Below are positions 25,600-35,476 of a stretch of DNA of 35,691 nucleotides, piece after piece. The first letter of the stretch is position 1, and each line of letters opens with the position of its first letter. Both the position numbers and the translations under genes were made by a program. The stretch is taken from positions 1-35,691 of the IMG/VR virus record IMGVR_UViG_3300027764_000014; one strand, written 5' to 3'. The notes under the pieces are model-generated. The model was not told where the DNA came from. It did no database searches and worked only from the letters and a program-made list of their open reading frames with translations. This DNA comes from a virus (lineage: Duplodnaviria > Caudoviricetes).

Positions 25600-26016
25600 A
25601 TGGGATTAGTAAAAGGAACAGACCTACGCATATTTGTAGGAACTAAAACAATAGCAAACGAAACTACTTGTAGTATCGATTTATCCACTTCAATGATTGA
25701 AACTTCAAGCAAGGATAGTGGAGCATGGATGACTCAAATTCCAGGTCGTAAGTCTTGGTCATTGACATCAACAATTTTATTAGATTATGCAGATGGAACA
25801 GTTCAATATACTTATGATGAGTTATTGACTGCTTGGTTAGACCAAACTGAATTAACAGTTTCATTTAAAACTGCTGCGGTATCAGAAACTACTCTTACAG
25901 GTAAGGCTTTCGTAGCTTCTAAGCCAGTAACAGGTGGCGACCAAGAGATTGCAACAGTAGAGATTACTTTACAAGGAACAGGTGTACTAACAAAAGGTAC
26001 AGTTCCAGCAGTTTAA
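25600..26016 (+). CDS. Major tail tube protein
   Basis: ETSSKDS..W....G.KSW and LQGTG.L motifs. Confidence 0.88.
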   Translation: MGLVKGTDLRIFVGTKTIANETTCSIDLSTSMIETSSKDSGAWMTQIPGRKSWSLTSTILLDYADGTVQYTYDELLTAWLDQTELTVSFKTAAVSETTLTGKAFVASKPVTGGDQEIATVEITLQGTGVLTKGTVPAV

Positions 26017-26042
26017 TAATCAAAAATAATTGATTACATTTG

Positions 26043-26071
26043 GGGTGAGGATTTAGTTCTTCACCCTTTTT
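26043..26071 (+). terminator. Intrinsic terminator after tail tube gene
   Basis: GGGTGAGGA...TCTTCACCC plus T5; adjacent TACATTTG (26035-42) may be a -7 box. Confidence 0.75.
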
Positions 26072-26096
26072 GTTTTAAACCCACAAACACAAAAAC

Positions 26097-26468
26097 ATGA
26101 GAACGATTACATTTGAAGGTAAAAAAATCAATTTTGACTTTTCTTTAGGAAGCATTAATGATGTATATGTTAAGGAATTAGGAGGTAACTTCAATGACTT
26201 AATTAATATGCAAGATTTCGAAAATGACACATCAAGGCTTATTGAAGTAACTCGTGATATGATGCTTAGTGGTCATATTTATTGGCTTTATGTTAATGGT
26301 CATGATGAGGATGCTGAATCTTTAGTTTCTAAAATTAAGACTTCTAAAATGGTTGCTACTAAATGGTTGATGCAAACCACAGTAATTTCAGTAGTAGAAT
26401 GGATTACTGCTGATTTAATGCCAAGTGATTTAGATGCACCAAAGAGTACGCAAGCAAAAAAAAAGTAG
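26097..26468 (+). CDS. Tail assembly chaperone (gpG-like)
   Basis: Between tube and TMP; ends in an A9G slippery run. Confidence 0.8.
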   Translation: MRTITFEGKKINFDFSLGSINDVYVKELGGNFNDLINMQDFENDTSRLIEVTRDMMLSGHIYWLYVNGHDEDAESLVSKIKTSKMVATKWLMQTTVISVVEWITADLMPSDLDAPKSTQAKKK

Positions 26469-26779
26469 TAATAACTTGGGGCAATATGCTCACAAGAATT
26501 TATAGGACTGGTTTGAAGCCATGGGAATGGAAAAGGATGACTTTAGGGGAATTTCTTGACTATGAACATGGCTTTGAATTTAGAAAGGCAGAGCAATGGG
26601 ATATTGCAAGAAATTTAATGTGGTCTTCTTTGGCAGCAATGGGAGGTAAGGATGTTAAACAACCTAAAGACATTGTGCCATTATGGACAGACAATATAGG
26701 GCAAGATTTAGAAAAATCAAAAGAAAAAGAGTATCTTTCGGATGAAATAGTTAAAAAGTGGGTTAATTCTATTCAGTAA
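26462..26779 (+). CDS. Tail assembly chaperone -1 frameshift extension (gpGT-like)
   Basis: -1 frame is open from A AAA AAG through the 26486 ORF; G..PWE...MT..E motif. Confidence 0.8.
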   Translation, partial: KVVITWGNMLTRIYRTGLKPWEWKRMTLGEFLDYEHGFEFRKAEQWDIARNLMWSSLAAMGGKDVKQPKDIVPLWTDNIGQDLEKSKEKEYLSDEIVKKWVNSIQ

Positions 26780-29109
26780 TGGCAGAAACTAATGAGTTTT
26801 ATATTAAGATTGGTGCTGATGTTAAAGATGCTCAAGATAAGCTAAATAGTTTATCAGCCGAGTTATCTAAATTAGGTACAGTTACACAAACAACTTCTAC
26901 TAAAATAGGTAGCAGTATGGGTGGTGCTTCAAGGGCAATATCATCTGCATTTGCTGCTATCGGAGTTTCACTAAGTATTGCTTCTATTATCGGAGTTGGA
27001 AAATCCGCATTAAAAACTGCTGCTGATTTAGAGCAAACCGCAGTTGCATTTAAGGTGTTTACTGGTAGTGCTGAAACTGCTAATGCTATGCTTTCTGAGT
27101 TGAAAGCACAAGCACTTAACTCACCAATGCAGTTTCAAGACATTACTAAAGGTGCTCAAACATTATTACAATATGGATTAACTGCAAAACAAACTACGGA
27201 GATTACCCGAATGTTGGGTGATATTTCGGGTGGTAATGCTGATAAGTTCCAAAGACTTTCTTTAGCTTTTGGTCAAGTTACCGCAGCAGGTCGTTTAATG
27301 GGTCAAGAGGCTCGCCAAATGATTAACGCAGGGTTTAACCCATTACAAGCAATTTCTGATAAGACAGGTCAATCTATGGCAGTTCTTACTCAGAAAATGC
27401 ACGATGGTCAAATATCTGTTAAAGATGTAGCAGATGCTTTTATTTTTGCTACAAGTGAGGGTGGCAGATTCTTCGGAATGGCTGATGAGCAATCAAAAAC
27501 ATTAGCAGGTGCATACAATAAAATGTCTGAAAGTATTTCATTTACTTTAGCAGAAATTGGAAATAACTTAAATGAAGCTTTTGATTTATCAAGTGCAGCA
27601 ACTCATATATCTGACTTAGTTGCAAAGATTGGAGAAAATTTTGAATCAAGTGGCAGTAAATCAACTTTTTGGGGTAATGCTTTAAAAGAGGTATTATCAG
27701 CATTAGCATTAGCACTTGATATAGTTATTAAAGCAGTTAAATTGTTTGCCAATGCAATTGAGGAGTTAGTTAATATATCTGGATTAAATACATTTTCAAA
27801 ATGGCTTGATGATTCTACAATAAAAGTTGCAGGTCTTTTTGGTCCAGAGGCTCAGAAAAATGTTAGGGATTTTATTGGTTATTTGCACAGTTTTGATGCT
27901 GAGATGCTTAACATGAAAAATAATGTTATGCCATCAGGTTTTGATAAAGCAATTCCATTTATGGAAAAGCAATCAAAAGAATTGAAGCAAAAAATGGAAT
28001 GGCAAATTTCAATTGACCCTAAAGGTTATTTAGAATCTTGGGAAAAATTAAAGAATTTAACATCCCAAATTGATTTATTAAAAAAGGGTTCTGGTCGTGG
28101 TGGGGCATCTAATTTAGGATTTAGTTCTAAGCCAAGTAGAAATCCTAACAAAGAGAAAAAAACAGAAAAATACGAAACAGTTATATTTCCAGACTTTATT
28201 ACAAAGGATGTTGGAACTAAGATAAAGGCATTTATAGAAGAAAATAAAGATGCAGCAACAACAATATCTAATTGGTGGAGTACATCTGATACAAAAAGAT
28301 TAACAGAGTTAAAGAAGAATTACGATAATGATATTGAGTTTGCTAAAAAATATGGCTTAGAATTAAATAATATTGAAGCGAAGTACAATGCGGAAAGAAA
28401 TTTAATTGTACAAGGATTTTCAATTGCTAAAGTTAAAGCAAGGGATGCTGCAAGACAAAAAGCTATTGAGCAATCAAGCAGAGATGTTGCAGATGCTTTA
28501 AAGAGAGAATCTCAAACATTAAATGGTTTATTTACATCTTTGAAATCACAAGATGCAGAAGCCTCTTTGGGTAATTTTGCTCAATCCATTTATTCTGCAC
28601 AAAGAGATTTTGCAATGAATATTTCAGTTGGATTTGCAGAAATTGCAGGTGCAGCTTTAACTGGGGCATTTAGTGTTGAAGATGCTTTTAAAGCACTTGG
28701 TTCAATGTTTACAAGTGCTATTGGTGATTTATTAATAAAGGTTGGAACATCTGCAATCCAATTAGGTTTATTTAAAGAAGGTATTGAAACTGCACTAAAA
28801 TCACTTGGTGGTGGTGCAGGAATGGTTGCATTAGGACTTGCAGCTATCGCTGCTGGTAGTGCATTAAAATCTTATAGTGGTAAGATTGATAATTCAATGA
28901 GTAAAAATAAAGCACAAGTAAGTAATTCTGCAAAGTCAGGTAGTTCATCTGGAATGACAAGTGGTTCATCTTATCAGTATGGTGGCTCATCTTACGCATC
29001 TCAGTCAATTAAATTATCTATTGACCTTACTGGTGCAATTACTGCAACTCAGACAGGTTATCAAATTAATAAATCATTAGAAACAACACTTAGAGTAACA
29101 GGAAGATAA
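26779..29109 (+). CDS. Tape measure protein
   Basis: 776 aa, Ala-rich helical; tape-measure domain motif (LGD..GG....F..L..AFGQ....GRL.G.E..Q). Confidence 0.92.
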   Translation: MAETNEFYIKIGADVKDAQDKLNSLSAELSKLGTVTQTTSTKIGSSMGGASRAISSAFAAIGVSLSIASIIGVGKSALKTAADLEQTAVAFKVFTGSAETANAMLSELKAQALNSPMQFQDITKGAQTLLQYGLTAKQTTEITRMLGDISGGNADKFQRLSLAFGQVTAAGRLMGQEARQMINAGFNPLQAISDKTGQSMAVLTQKMHDGQISVKDVADAFIFATSEGGRFFGMADEQSKTLAGAYNKMSESISFTLAEIGNNLNEAFDLSSAATHISDLVAKIGENFESSGSKSTFWGNALKEVLSALALALDIVIKAVKLFANAIEELVNISGLNTFSKWLDDSTIKVAGLFGPEAQKNVRDFIGYLHSFDAEMLNMKNNVMPSGFDKAIPFMEKQSKELKQKMEWQISIDPKGYLESWEKLKNLTSQIDLLKKGSGRGGASNLGFSSKPSRNPNKEKKTEKYETVIFPDFITKDVGTKIKAFIEENKDAATTISNWWSTSDTKRLTELKKNYDNDIEFAKKYGLELNNIEAKYNAERNLIVQGFSIAKVKARDAARQKAIEQSSRDVADALKRESQTLNGLFTSLKSQDAEASLGNFAQSIYSAQRDFAMNISVGFAEIAGAALTGAFSVEDAFKALGSMFTSAIGDLLIKVGTSAIQLGLFKEGIETALKSLGGGAGMVALGLAAIAAGSALKSYSGKIDNSMSKNKAQVSNSAKSGSSSGMTSGSSYQYGGSSYASQSIKLSIDLTGAITATQTGYQINKSLETTLRVTGR

Positions 29110-31211
29110 TGGTAGGATACGGAACAAGATATAGATTTGAATTTGATGCTACTTGCAAACCATTTGCAGCAGAAGAATTAAAGGTTACAAAATGTAAAGT
29201 TTTAATATTAAAAAAGGCTTATAGTGGGGCTATTACTGATATTCCTTATGGAGATGTTAGTCCTGTTGAAATTGACTACCCAACATCTGATGATGATATT
29301 TTCTACCCATTAAGAGGTAGTTCATTATCATTTAATGTGCTTGGTGGTGTCATTAATATGGATTCAATTATTTCTGAAGATGAAACGGAATATTTTCTTG
29401 AATATTACAGAAATAATGTATTATTCTGGAGTGGTTTTGTTTCTCCTGAGTTATGCGAAGAAGATATATTCTTAAAGTATCCTTCAATACAATTCCAAAC
29501 TATTGATGGACTTGGTGCATTAAAAAGTAAAAAATTAAATGATAACTCTAAATATCCAGATGGTATAATGAGTTTGTTAAAAGTTGTACAAGGAGCATTA
29601 AATTCTATTGGATATGGTTACGGATTAAATGTTTTATGTAAGTTATTTAACTTAAACCAAACTAAAACAAGTTACTCAACTCCATTAGAGCAAACATATA
29701 TTTATACTGCTGGTCTTCAGGATAAAAACTTTGAGTTTAAAGAAAATTCTGATTTAGTATTTGATACTTGTACATTATTTAACTCATTAGTTTATCAAAA
29801 CTATGGTGCTTGGTATTTTGTTAAAGTTAAAGATTTGGCATTTGGTGTAAATCAAGCAAGTAAGTTTGATGTTAATGGTAATCTTAACACATCATCTAAG
29901 CAAACTATTCCTACACTTAGACATGGTACTGATTTTCTTATTGTTGCTAAACCTAAAAGAAAGATTCGTAGATTCTATAAGGAAGTTGAGGTTGAATATC
30001 AAAGAGGTGATAGTAAATTAATTAATGGAAATTTTAATTTATGGACTGGTACAAAAAATGAAATTCCTTATACCACTACTTTAGACTTAAATAATGGAAC
30101 ATTAACTGAAACTAATTTTAAGTTTTTTGGAAAGAGTTTTCTTGGTAATACTAAAACTTATTGCTTGTATGATTCAATAGCTAATACTTATTTGCTTGGT
30201 CTTACTTCCACTTCTCCATCTCAAGGTTCACTTTCTTGTGGTCCTGCTGTTAGTATAAATTGGGGAAATGGTTTTGATTTAAACATTAAGTGCCCCACTA
30301 ATAATCCTTCTTTTTCAATTATAGTAGGATTAAAAGATGCACCTGGTTCTCCATCATTTTATTTTAATTTCGGAACAGGTAATTGGCAAACATCTCCTTA
30401 TGTTTTTACTAAGTCTGTTAATTACCCATCTGAAGACTTAAATGTATTTAGTTTTAATTTCCCATTTCCTGATGTAATTGATGCTTACGATTTGTATAAG
30501 TATAAGGAATATACTGTTGGAATAGTATTATATGCACAAGCAAGAACAGGTTATTCAGGTTATCAAACAATTTATGAGCAAGTTTTACTTAATGGTGTAG
30601 GTAATTATGCTGCCCAACCAACAGGAGAATACCCTATATTTTACGAAAGTAAAAGTCTATCTTATATTGATAATTTTAAATTAATAAATCCTAAAAACAC
30701 TTCTTTAAAACCACCTAAAAAGATTGTTTATAATGGAGATGCTTTAGAATCAGATAGTTTTTTAATATCAGACTATAACTATTCAAACCTTCATACTTTT
30801 GATGGTACTAATTATGTTACAACATACGATAAGTCTTGGTATGAAAGAGATGAATATGACCCAGCGAATCCTCCAGTAGAAGGTGGTATTTATGGGATAA
30901 ACGAATTAAATGCTCGTAATATTCTTAACCAATATTCTGATTATAGAAATATATTTACAGGTACACTTATTGGCAAAGACTTACAATTTGGAGCAATTTA
31001 TGAGTTCCCTGTTCAAGGTGCTTTAGCTGACAAGAAATTCTTTCCTTTATCAATGAAAATAAACGAAAGAGATTGTACTGCTGAAGTTGTGCTTATGGAA
31101 TTAACATCAAACGAAATTGATGCCTCAATGATAACCTCAAGGTACGATGTTAATGGCAACTTAATTTCCTCAGCAGCAACTGAGAGTAAAAAAAAAAACG
31201 TAATGGGGTAG
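29109..31211 (+). CDS. Tail tip/baseplate hub protein
   Basis: 700 aa after TMP; W.GF and DGLG.LK motifs. May extend to 31294 by -1 shift at A11. Confidence 0.7.
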   Translation: MVGYGTRYRFEFDATCKPFAAEELKVTKCKVLILKKAYSGAITDIPYGDVSPVEIDYPTSDDDIFYPLRGSSLSFNVLGGVINMDSIISEDETEYFLEYYRNNVLFWSGFVSPELCEEDIFLKYPSIQFQTIDGLGALKSKKLNDNSKYPDGIMSLLKVVQGALNSIGYGYGLNVLCKLFNLNQTKTSYSTPLEQTYIYTAGLQDKNFEFKENSDLVFDTCTLFNSLVYQNYGAWYFVKVKDLAFGVNQASKFDVNGNLNTSSKQTIPTLRHGTDFLIVAKPKRKIRRFYKEVEVEYQRGDSKLINGNFNLWTGTKNEIPYTTTLDLNNGTLTETNFKFFGKSFLGNTKTYCLYDSIANTYLLGLTSTSPSQGSLSCGPAVSINWGNGFDLNIKCPTNNPSFSIIVGLKDAPGSPSFYFNFGTGNWQTSPYVFTKSVNYPSEDLNVFSFNFPFPDVIDAYDLYKYKEYTVGIVLYAQARTGYSGYQTIYEQVLLNGVGNYAAQPTGEYPIFYESKSLSYIDNFKLINPKNTSLKPPKKIVYNGDALESDSFLISDYNYSNLHTFDGTNYVTTYDKSWYERDEYDPANPPVEGGIYGINELNARNILNQYSDYRNIFTGTLIGKDLQFGAIYEFPVQGALADKKFFPLSMKINERDCTAEVVLMELTSNEIDASMITSRYDVNGNLISSAATESKKKNVMG

Positions 31212-31299
31212 GTACTGACCTTGGAGAAGCAGGTGGCTCAGGTACTATATTTGATAGATTTGTTGCCTTCTTCATGGATGATTTTAAACCATAATAACA

Positions 31300-31887
31300 A
31301 TGCCAACTGAAAGAGAAATAGGATACTTTTATTATGTAAATCGTTCTTCAATAAAGATGTACGGAAGCGGTGATTTTAAAAACGCTAATGACACAGGATA
31401 CATCTACGGTTGGAGTGAAACATTAACAGACTTTACATTAAGGGTATATTTAAAAACATTTACATTTGACACAATTAAAGCAAAAGCTGGTTTACAATTT
31501 AGACAAGAGGCAAAGGATAATGTTCCTTTTGTTGGAATGTTTGTTGATGGTTCTGGGAAGTTGAAGATTTACAGAAGAACAAAGACCGATGGTAGTGTTT
31601 CTTTTGGCATCTCAGCCACGATTGGAGTTACGCAAGGTGTTTGGTTAGAGATGAAGAAAATAGATGGGGAAATCGAATTTAACTACTCTTTAAATCCAGA
31701 AAATACTTTACCTGCTTCAATAACTTGGACTAACTTAGATACTATCTACGATGAAACTGAATCTTATCCTACTTTGGAAAAGCATTTGAGTTGTAGTAGT
31801 GGTTCAGATAATGTAAATTTGGCTTATTATACAAAGGTTTATACTGAAGACTGTTGGATTAGCCCAATAGGTCAAAAAGAAGATTAG
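31300..31887 (+). CDS. Tail protein, concanavalin/lectin-like beta sandwich
   Basis: AKAGL.FR and WL...K.......YS.....W pattern. Confidence 0.55.
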   Translation: MPTEREIGYFYYVNRSSIKMYGSGDFKNANDTGYIYGWSETLTDFTLRVYLKTFTFDTIKAKAGLQFRQEAKDNVPFVGMFVDGSGKLKIYRRTKTDGSVSFGISATIGVTQGVWLEMKKIDGEIEFNYSLNPENTLPASITWTNLDTIYDETESYPTLEKHLSCSSGSDNVNLAYYTKVYTEDCWISPIGQKED

Positions 31888-31889
31888 AA

Positions 31890-34565
31890 ATGGCAATAAA
31901 GACATTAAGAGTATTTCAAGAGTTTACTTCAGAGGGGTATGTTCCAATGCCTCCTGCTGGCAACATTGACTATGGATATACCGTTGCAGGTACATTCCCT
32001 GGCACAACTCCTGCCACCTTCCAAACTGATGACCCTGATATAGATGTTACACTAACTGTGATGACTGACTACTATGTTTGGATTCGTTCTCATGGTGCTG
32101 AGTGGAATATTAATTATACTCGTAATGTTCGTGTTTACCCTGATAGCCCATTGATTAACAATGTGGTAATGGGTATTATTATTGCTAATTCAGAAAATGG
32201 ATTACCTGTTGGTGGAACTGCTGGTCAAATTTTATCAAAGATTAATGCAACAGATTATAATGCTGAATGGATTGATAATATTGCACAATATACAAGTCAA
32301 TTAAAACATGAAGTAAAAGCAGGAGTTGCTTTAACAAAAGGTCAAGCAGTATATGTTTCATCTGCTGATGGAACTAACATGGTTGTTTCTAAGGCTTCTA
32401 ATGTTAGTGAATCTACTTCATCTAAGACATTGGGTCTTATAGCACAAAATCTTGCCTTAAATGGCAAAGGATTCGTTATAACAGAAGGATTGCTTACAGG
32501 ATTAAATACTTCTTCTGCTACTATTGGTGATGCAGTTTGGTTAGGTACTGATGGCAATCTTATTTATGGGTTAGCTAATAAGCCTTATGCACCTGCACAC
32601 TTAGTATTTATAGGTATTGTTACTCGTGTTAATAATAATAATGGTGAGATATTTGTTAAGGTTCAAAATGGTTTTGAATTAAAGGAAATACATGATGTAC
32701 AAATTATTTCTCCTGCTAATAACCAAGGAATAGTTTATGATTTCACATCTGCTCTTTGGAAGAATGCTGCTATCCAATTACCAATCACTTTAACTACAAC
32801 AGGTTCAAGTGGTGCTTCTACATTTGCAAGTAATGCTTTAAACATTCCAACTTATACTTTGGTAGGGTTGGGTGGAGTTCCAACAACAAGAACATTATCT
32901 ATTAATGGGACACTATTTGACCTAAGTGCAGATAGAGTTTGGAATGTTGGTACTGTGACTTCAGTTAGTGCTTCAGTTCCTAATGGGTTTGCTATATCGG
33001 GTAGCCCAATAACTTCTTCGGGTACATTAGCGATAACTTTTGCTTCTGGATATTCATTACCAACTGATGCAAGGCAAGCACAATGGGATGTAGCTTACAA
33101 TAAAAGAATCATGACTGCTTCAATGCCATTGGAGATTGATTCTAACAATATTAATATATACCAATCTTCTCCTACTTCAAATGGTTATTTGTCAAGTACG
33201 GATTGGAATACATTTAATTCAAAACAAAGTACATTAAATGGTACTGGTTTTGTTAAAGCAAGTGGGACTACAATTAGTTATGATAACTCAACTTATGTAC
33301 CTACATCAAGAACTATTACAATTAATGGTACTACTTATGATTTATCAGCAGACAGAACTTGGACAGTTGGTGCTACTTTAACTGCAAATGCTCCATTGTC
33401 AATTACAAGTGGTGTAATTAGCATTACTCAAGCATCTGCTTCGGTTAATGGATATTTAAGTTCTACTGATTGGTCTGCTTTTAATGCGAAACAAACTGCT
33501 TTAAGTGGTACTGGATTTGTTAAGGTTAGTGGTACTACGATAAGTTATGATAATACTTCTTATACCCCAGCATCGAGATTATTAACAATTAATGGTACAT
33601 CTTACGATTTAACTGCTGATAGGTCATGGACAATTACACCTGGTTCAGGTATGCGTAATGTTCAAACATTTACTGCAACTTCGGGTCAAACTACTTTTAC
33701 CGTTACAGGTGGATATACAGTAGGATTGGTTGATGTTTATGTCAATGGTGCAAGATTAAGTACATCTGATTATACTGCAACAAATGGAACTTCAGTTGTT
33801 TTAGGTATTGGGGTTGTAACTAATGATATTGTTGATTTAGTAGCTTATACTGCCTCTGCAACAAGTGGGGTTAGTGGAAGTGGTACATCGGGTTATTTAG
33901 CTAAATGGTCAGGTTCTTCTTCAATTAATGGTTCATTAATTTACGATGATGGAACTAACATTGGTATTGGTAATGCTTTACCAAGTGCAAAGCTTCATGT
34001 TACAGGAACAATTTTAGCTTCAAGCACAATAACAGGAAGTTCTTTAATTAAATCAGGTGGAACTTCTGCTCAAATATTAATGGCTGATGGTTCAGTTCTT
34101 ACCGCTGGAACTAACATCACAATTAGTGGTGGTACAATTTCAGCAAGTGGTGGAGGAAGTATTAGTGGTAGTGGTACGACTAATACTATTGCAAAATGGA
34201 CAAGTTCAACTGCATTAGGTAATTCTATTATTACTGAATCTGGTAGTGTTATAACTATCACAGGTACAATTACGGAAACATCTGCTTTGAAGTATAAAGA
34301 GAATGTTAAAACTATTAATAATGCTCTTGACAAAGTATTAAATCTTAGAGGTGTTACTTACAATAAAATAGGTTATACAAACAAGGAAATAGGTGTAATT
34401 GCAGAGGAGGTTTATGAATATGTACCCGAATTGATTACTTTTGAGAATAAAGAAATAAACTCAGTTGCTTATTCGAGAACAGTAGGCTTGTTAATTGAAG
34501 CTATTAAAGAGCAACAAACTAAAATAGATGAATTAGATGGCTATATTAAAAAATACTGTAATTAA
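31890..34565 (+). CDS. Long tail fibre with C-terminal intramolecular chaperone (peptidase S74)
   Basis: Repeats P..R...INGT..DL.ADR.W (x3) and SSTDW..FN.KQ..L.GTGFVK (x2). TS...YKEN...ALDKV..LRGV.Y...G.IAEEV...LIEAIKEQ chaperone. Confidence 0.9.
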   Translation: MAIKTLRVFQEFTSEGYVPMPPAGNIDYGYTVAGTFPGTTPATFQTDDPDIDVTLTVMTDYYVWIRSHGAEWNINYTRNVRVYPDSPLINNVVMGIIIANSENGLPVGGTAGQILSKINATDYNAEWIDNIAQYTSQLKHEVKAGVALTKGQAVYVSSADGTNMVVSKASNVSESTSSKTLGLIAQNLALNGKGFVITEGLLTGLNTSSATIGDAVWLGTDGNLIYGLANKPYAPAHLVFIGIVTRVNNNNGEIFVKVQNGFELKEIHDVQIISPANNQGIVYDFTSALWKNAAIQLPITLTTTGSSGASTFASNALNIPTYTLVGLGGVPTTRTLSINGTLFDLSADRVWNVGTVTSVSASVPNGFAISGSPITSSGTLAITFASGYSLPTDARQAQWDVAYNKRIMTASMPLEIDSNNINIYQSSPTSNGYLSSTDWNTFNSKQSTLNGTGFVKASGTTISYDNSTYVPTSRTITINGTTYDLSADRTWTVGATLTANAPLSITSGVISITQASASVNGYLSSTDWSAFNAKQTALSGTGFVKVSGTTISYDNTSYTPASRLLTINGTSYDLTADRSWTITPGSGMRNVQTFTATSGQTTFTVTGGYTVGLVDVYVNGARLSTSDYTATNGTSVVLGIGVVTNDIVDLVAYTASATSGVSGSGTSGYLAKWSGSSSINGSLIYDDGTNIGIGNALPSAKLHVTGTILASSTITGSSLIKSGGTSAQILMADGSVLTAGTNITISGGTISASGGGSISGSGTTNTIAKWTSSTALGNSIITESGSVITITGTITETSALKYKENVKTINNALDKVLNLRGVTYNKIGYTNKEIGVIAEEVYEYVPELITFENKEINSVAYSRTVGLLIEAIKEQQTKIDELDGYIKKYCN

Positions 34566-34698
34566 TGATACTGGGCATATCACACTACCAAGTGGTACTA
34601 CTGCCCAGCGACCAACTCCTTCAGCAGGAATGATTAGATACAATTCTTCTCTTGGTACTTTAGAGTATTACAATGGGAGTGGATGGATAATTCTATAA
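34537..34698 (+). CDS. 53-aa anchor-only paralog of RBP N-terminus (not in ORF track)
   Basis: MAILKNTVINDTGHITLPSGTTAQRPTPSAGMIRYNSSLGTLEYYNGSGWIIL; overlaps the fibre gene end by 29 nt. Confidence 0.7.
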   Translation: MAILKNTVINDTGHITLPSGTTAQRPTPSAGMIRYNSSLGTLEYYNGSGWIIL

Positions 34699-34702
34699 AT
34701 AT

Positions 34703-35467
34703 ATGGCATCCTTAAAAAATACAACAGTAAACGATACAGGTAATTTAACATTGCCAGTTGGCTCTACGGCTCAAAGACCAACACCAATAGTAGGACAAAC
34801 AAGGTTTAATTCTACTCTTGGTGTAATGGAATACTATGGTGCATCAGGTTGGACACCTTGTGCCCAAGTTAGAGATGGTAGTGCTAATAATGCAACATCA
34901 GCAATATTGAGTATGACTGATTTTGATGTTTTAAAGAAGCCTGCTGGTAATTATTTTTTTATTAAACCTGGCGACCCAGCTATTACACCTACAATTGTTA
35001 GCCTTTATTATTCGGGACACAACTATAATGGTTCTGGATATGGATGGGTAAAACTATTTGAATCACCTTACAATGGAACTGCTACAACTAATTTAATTAA
35101 CCAAAATTATATTATGAAAGAATATTTGGTTGGTCGTAGTGATGGTAGTATTTGGGCAACTGCTGGGTGGAATGACACTAATTATGGTAGAGCATTCAAC
35201 ACAAGAAGTGAAAATGGTGATTTAAGTACAACTGGTACAAGAATTGGTTACAGAGTATTTTTTGGTTTTGGTGGAGGAATGGGAATATATAATACAGGTC
35301 AAACTCCATGTTTTTGGGCAACTGCTTCTGGTGCTATTGGTGCTGGTTATGATGGTGGTAGTTGCGGAAGTTTCCCTAATGGTTTATTGTGGGGAACTGG
35401 CAATGGTTCAAATGCAGTATATGATAATCGTTCGGGTACTTGGTCAATTTGGGGAAGATGGTTATAA
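34703..35467 (+). CDS. Receptor-binding/tail-associated protein (anchor plus Gly/aromatic-rich globular domain)
   Basis: LP.G.TAQRP....G..RFN.....EYY....W anchor; C-terminal domain possibly fibrinogen/lectin-like. Confidence 0.7.
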   Translation: MASLKNTTVNDTGNLTLPVGSTAQRPTPIVGQTRFNSTLGVMEYYGASGWTPCAQVRDGSANNATSAILSMTDFDVLKKPAGNYFFIKPGDPAITPTIVSLYYSGHNYNGSGYGWVKLFESPYNGTATTNLINQNYIMKEYLVGRSDGSIWATAGWNDTNYGRAFNTRSENGDLSTTGTRIGYRVFFGFGGGMGIYNTGQTPCFWATASGAIGAGYDGGSCGSFPNGLLWGTGNGSNAVYDNRSGTWSIWGRWL

Positions 35468-35476
35468 ATAATTGAT

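Noticed and set aside
31246-31253. Internal promoter TATATTTG before 31300
   Set aside because: It lies within the probable -1 frame coding extension and the -33 match is weak. It cannot be distinguished from chance, though it is not excluded.
1458-35471. Antisense or nested ORFs in the track (e.g. 1458, 1835, 2931, 3192, 5241, 6571, 9617, 10011, 10459, 11206, 12359, 13592, 17644, 20752, 22425, 25664, 32342, 34070, 35244)
   Set aside because: These are shadows of well-supported genes, with no motifs or leaders.
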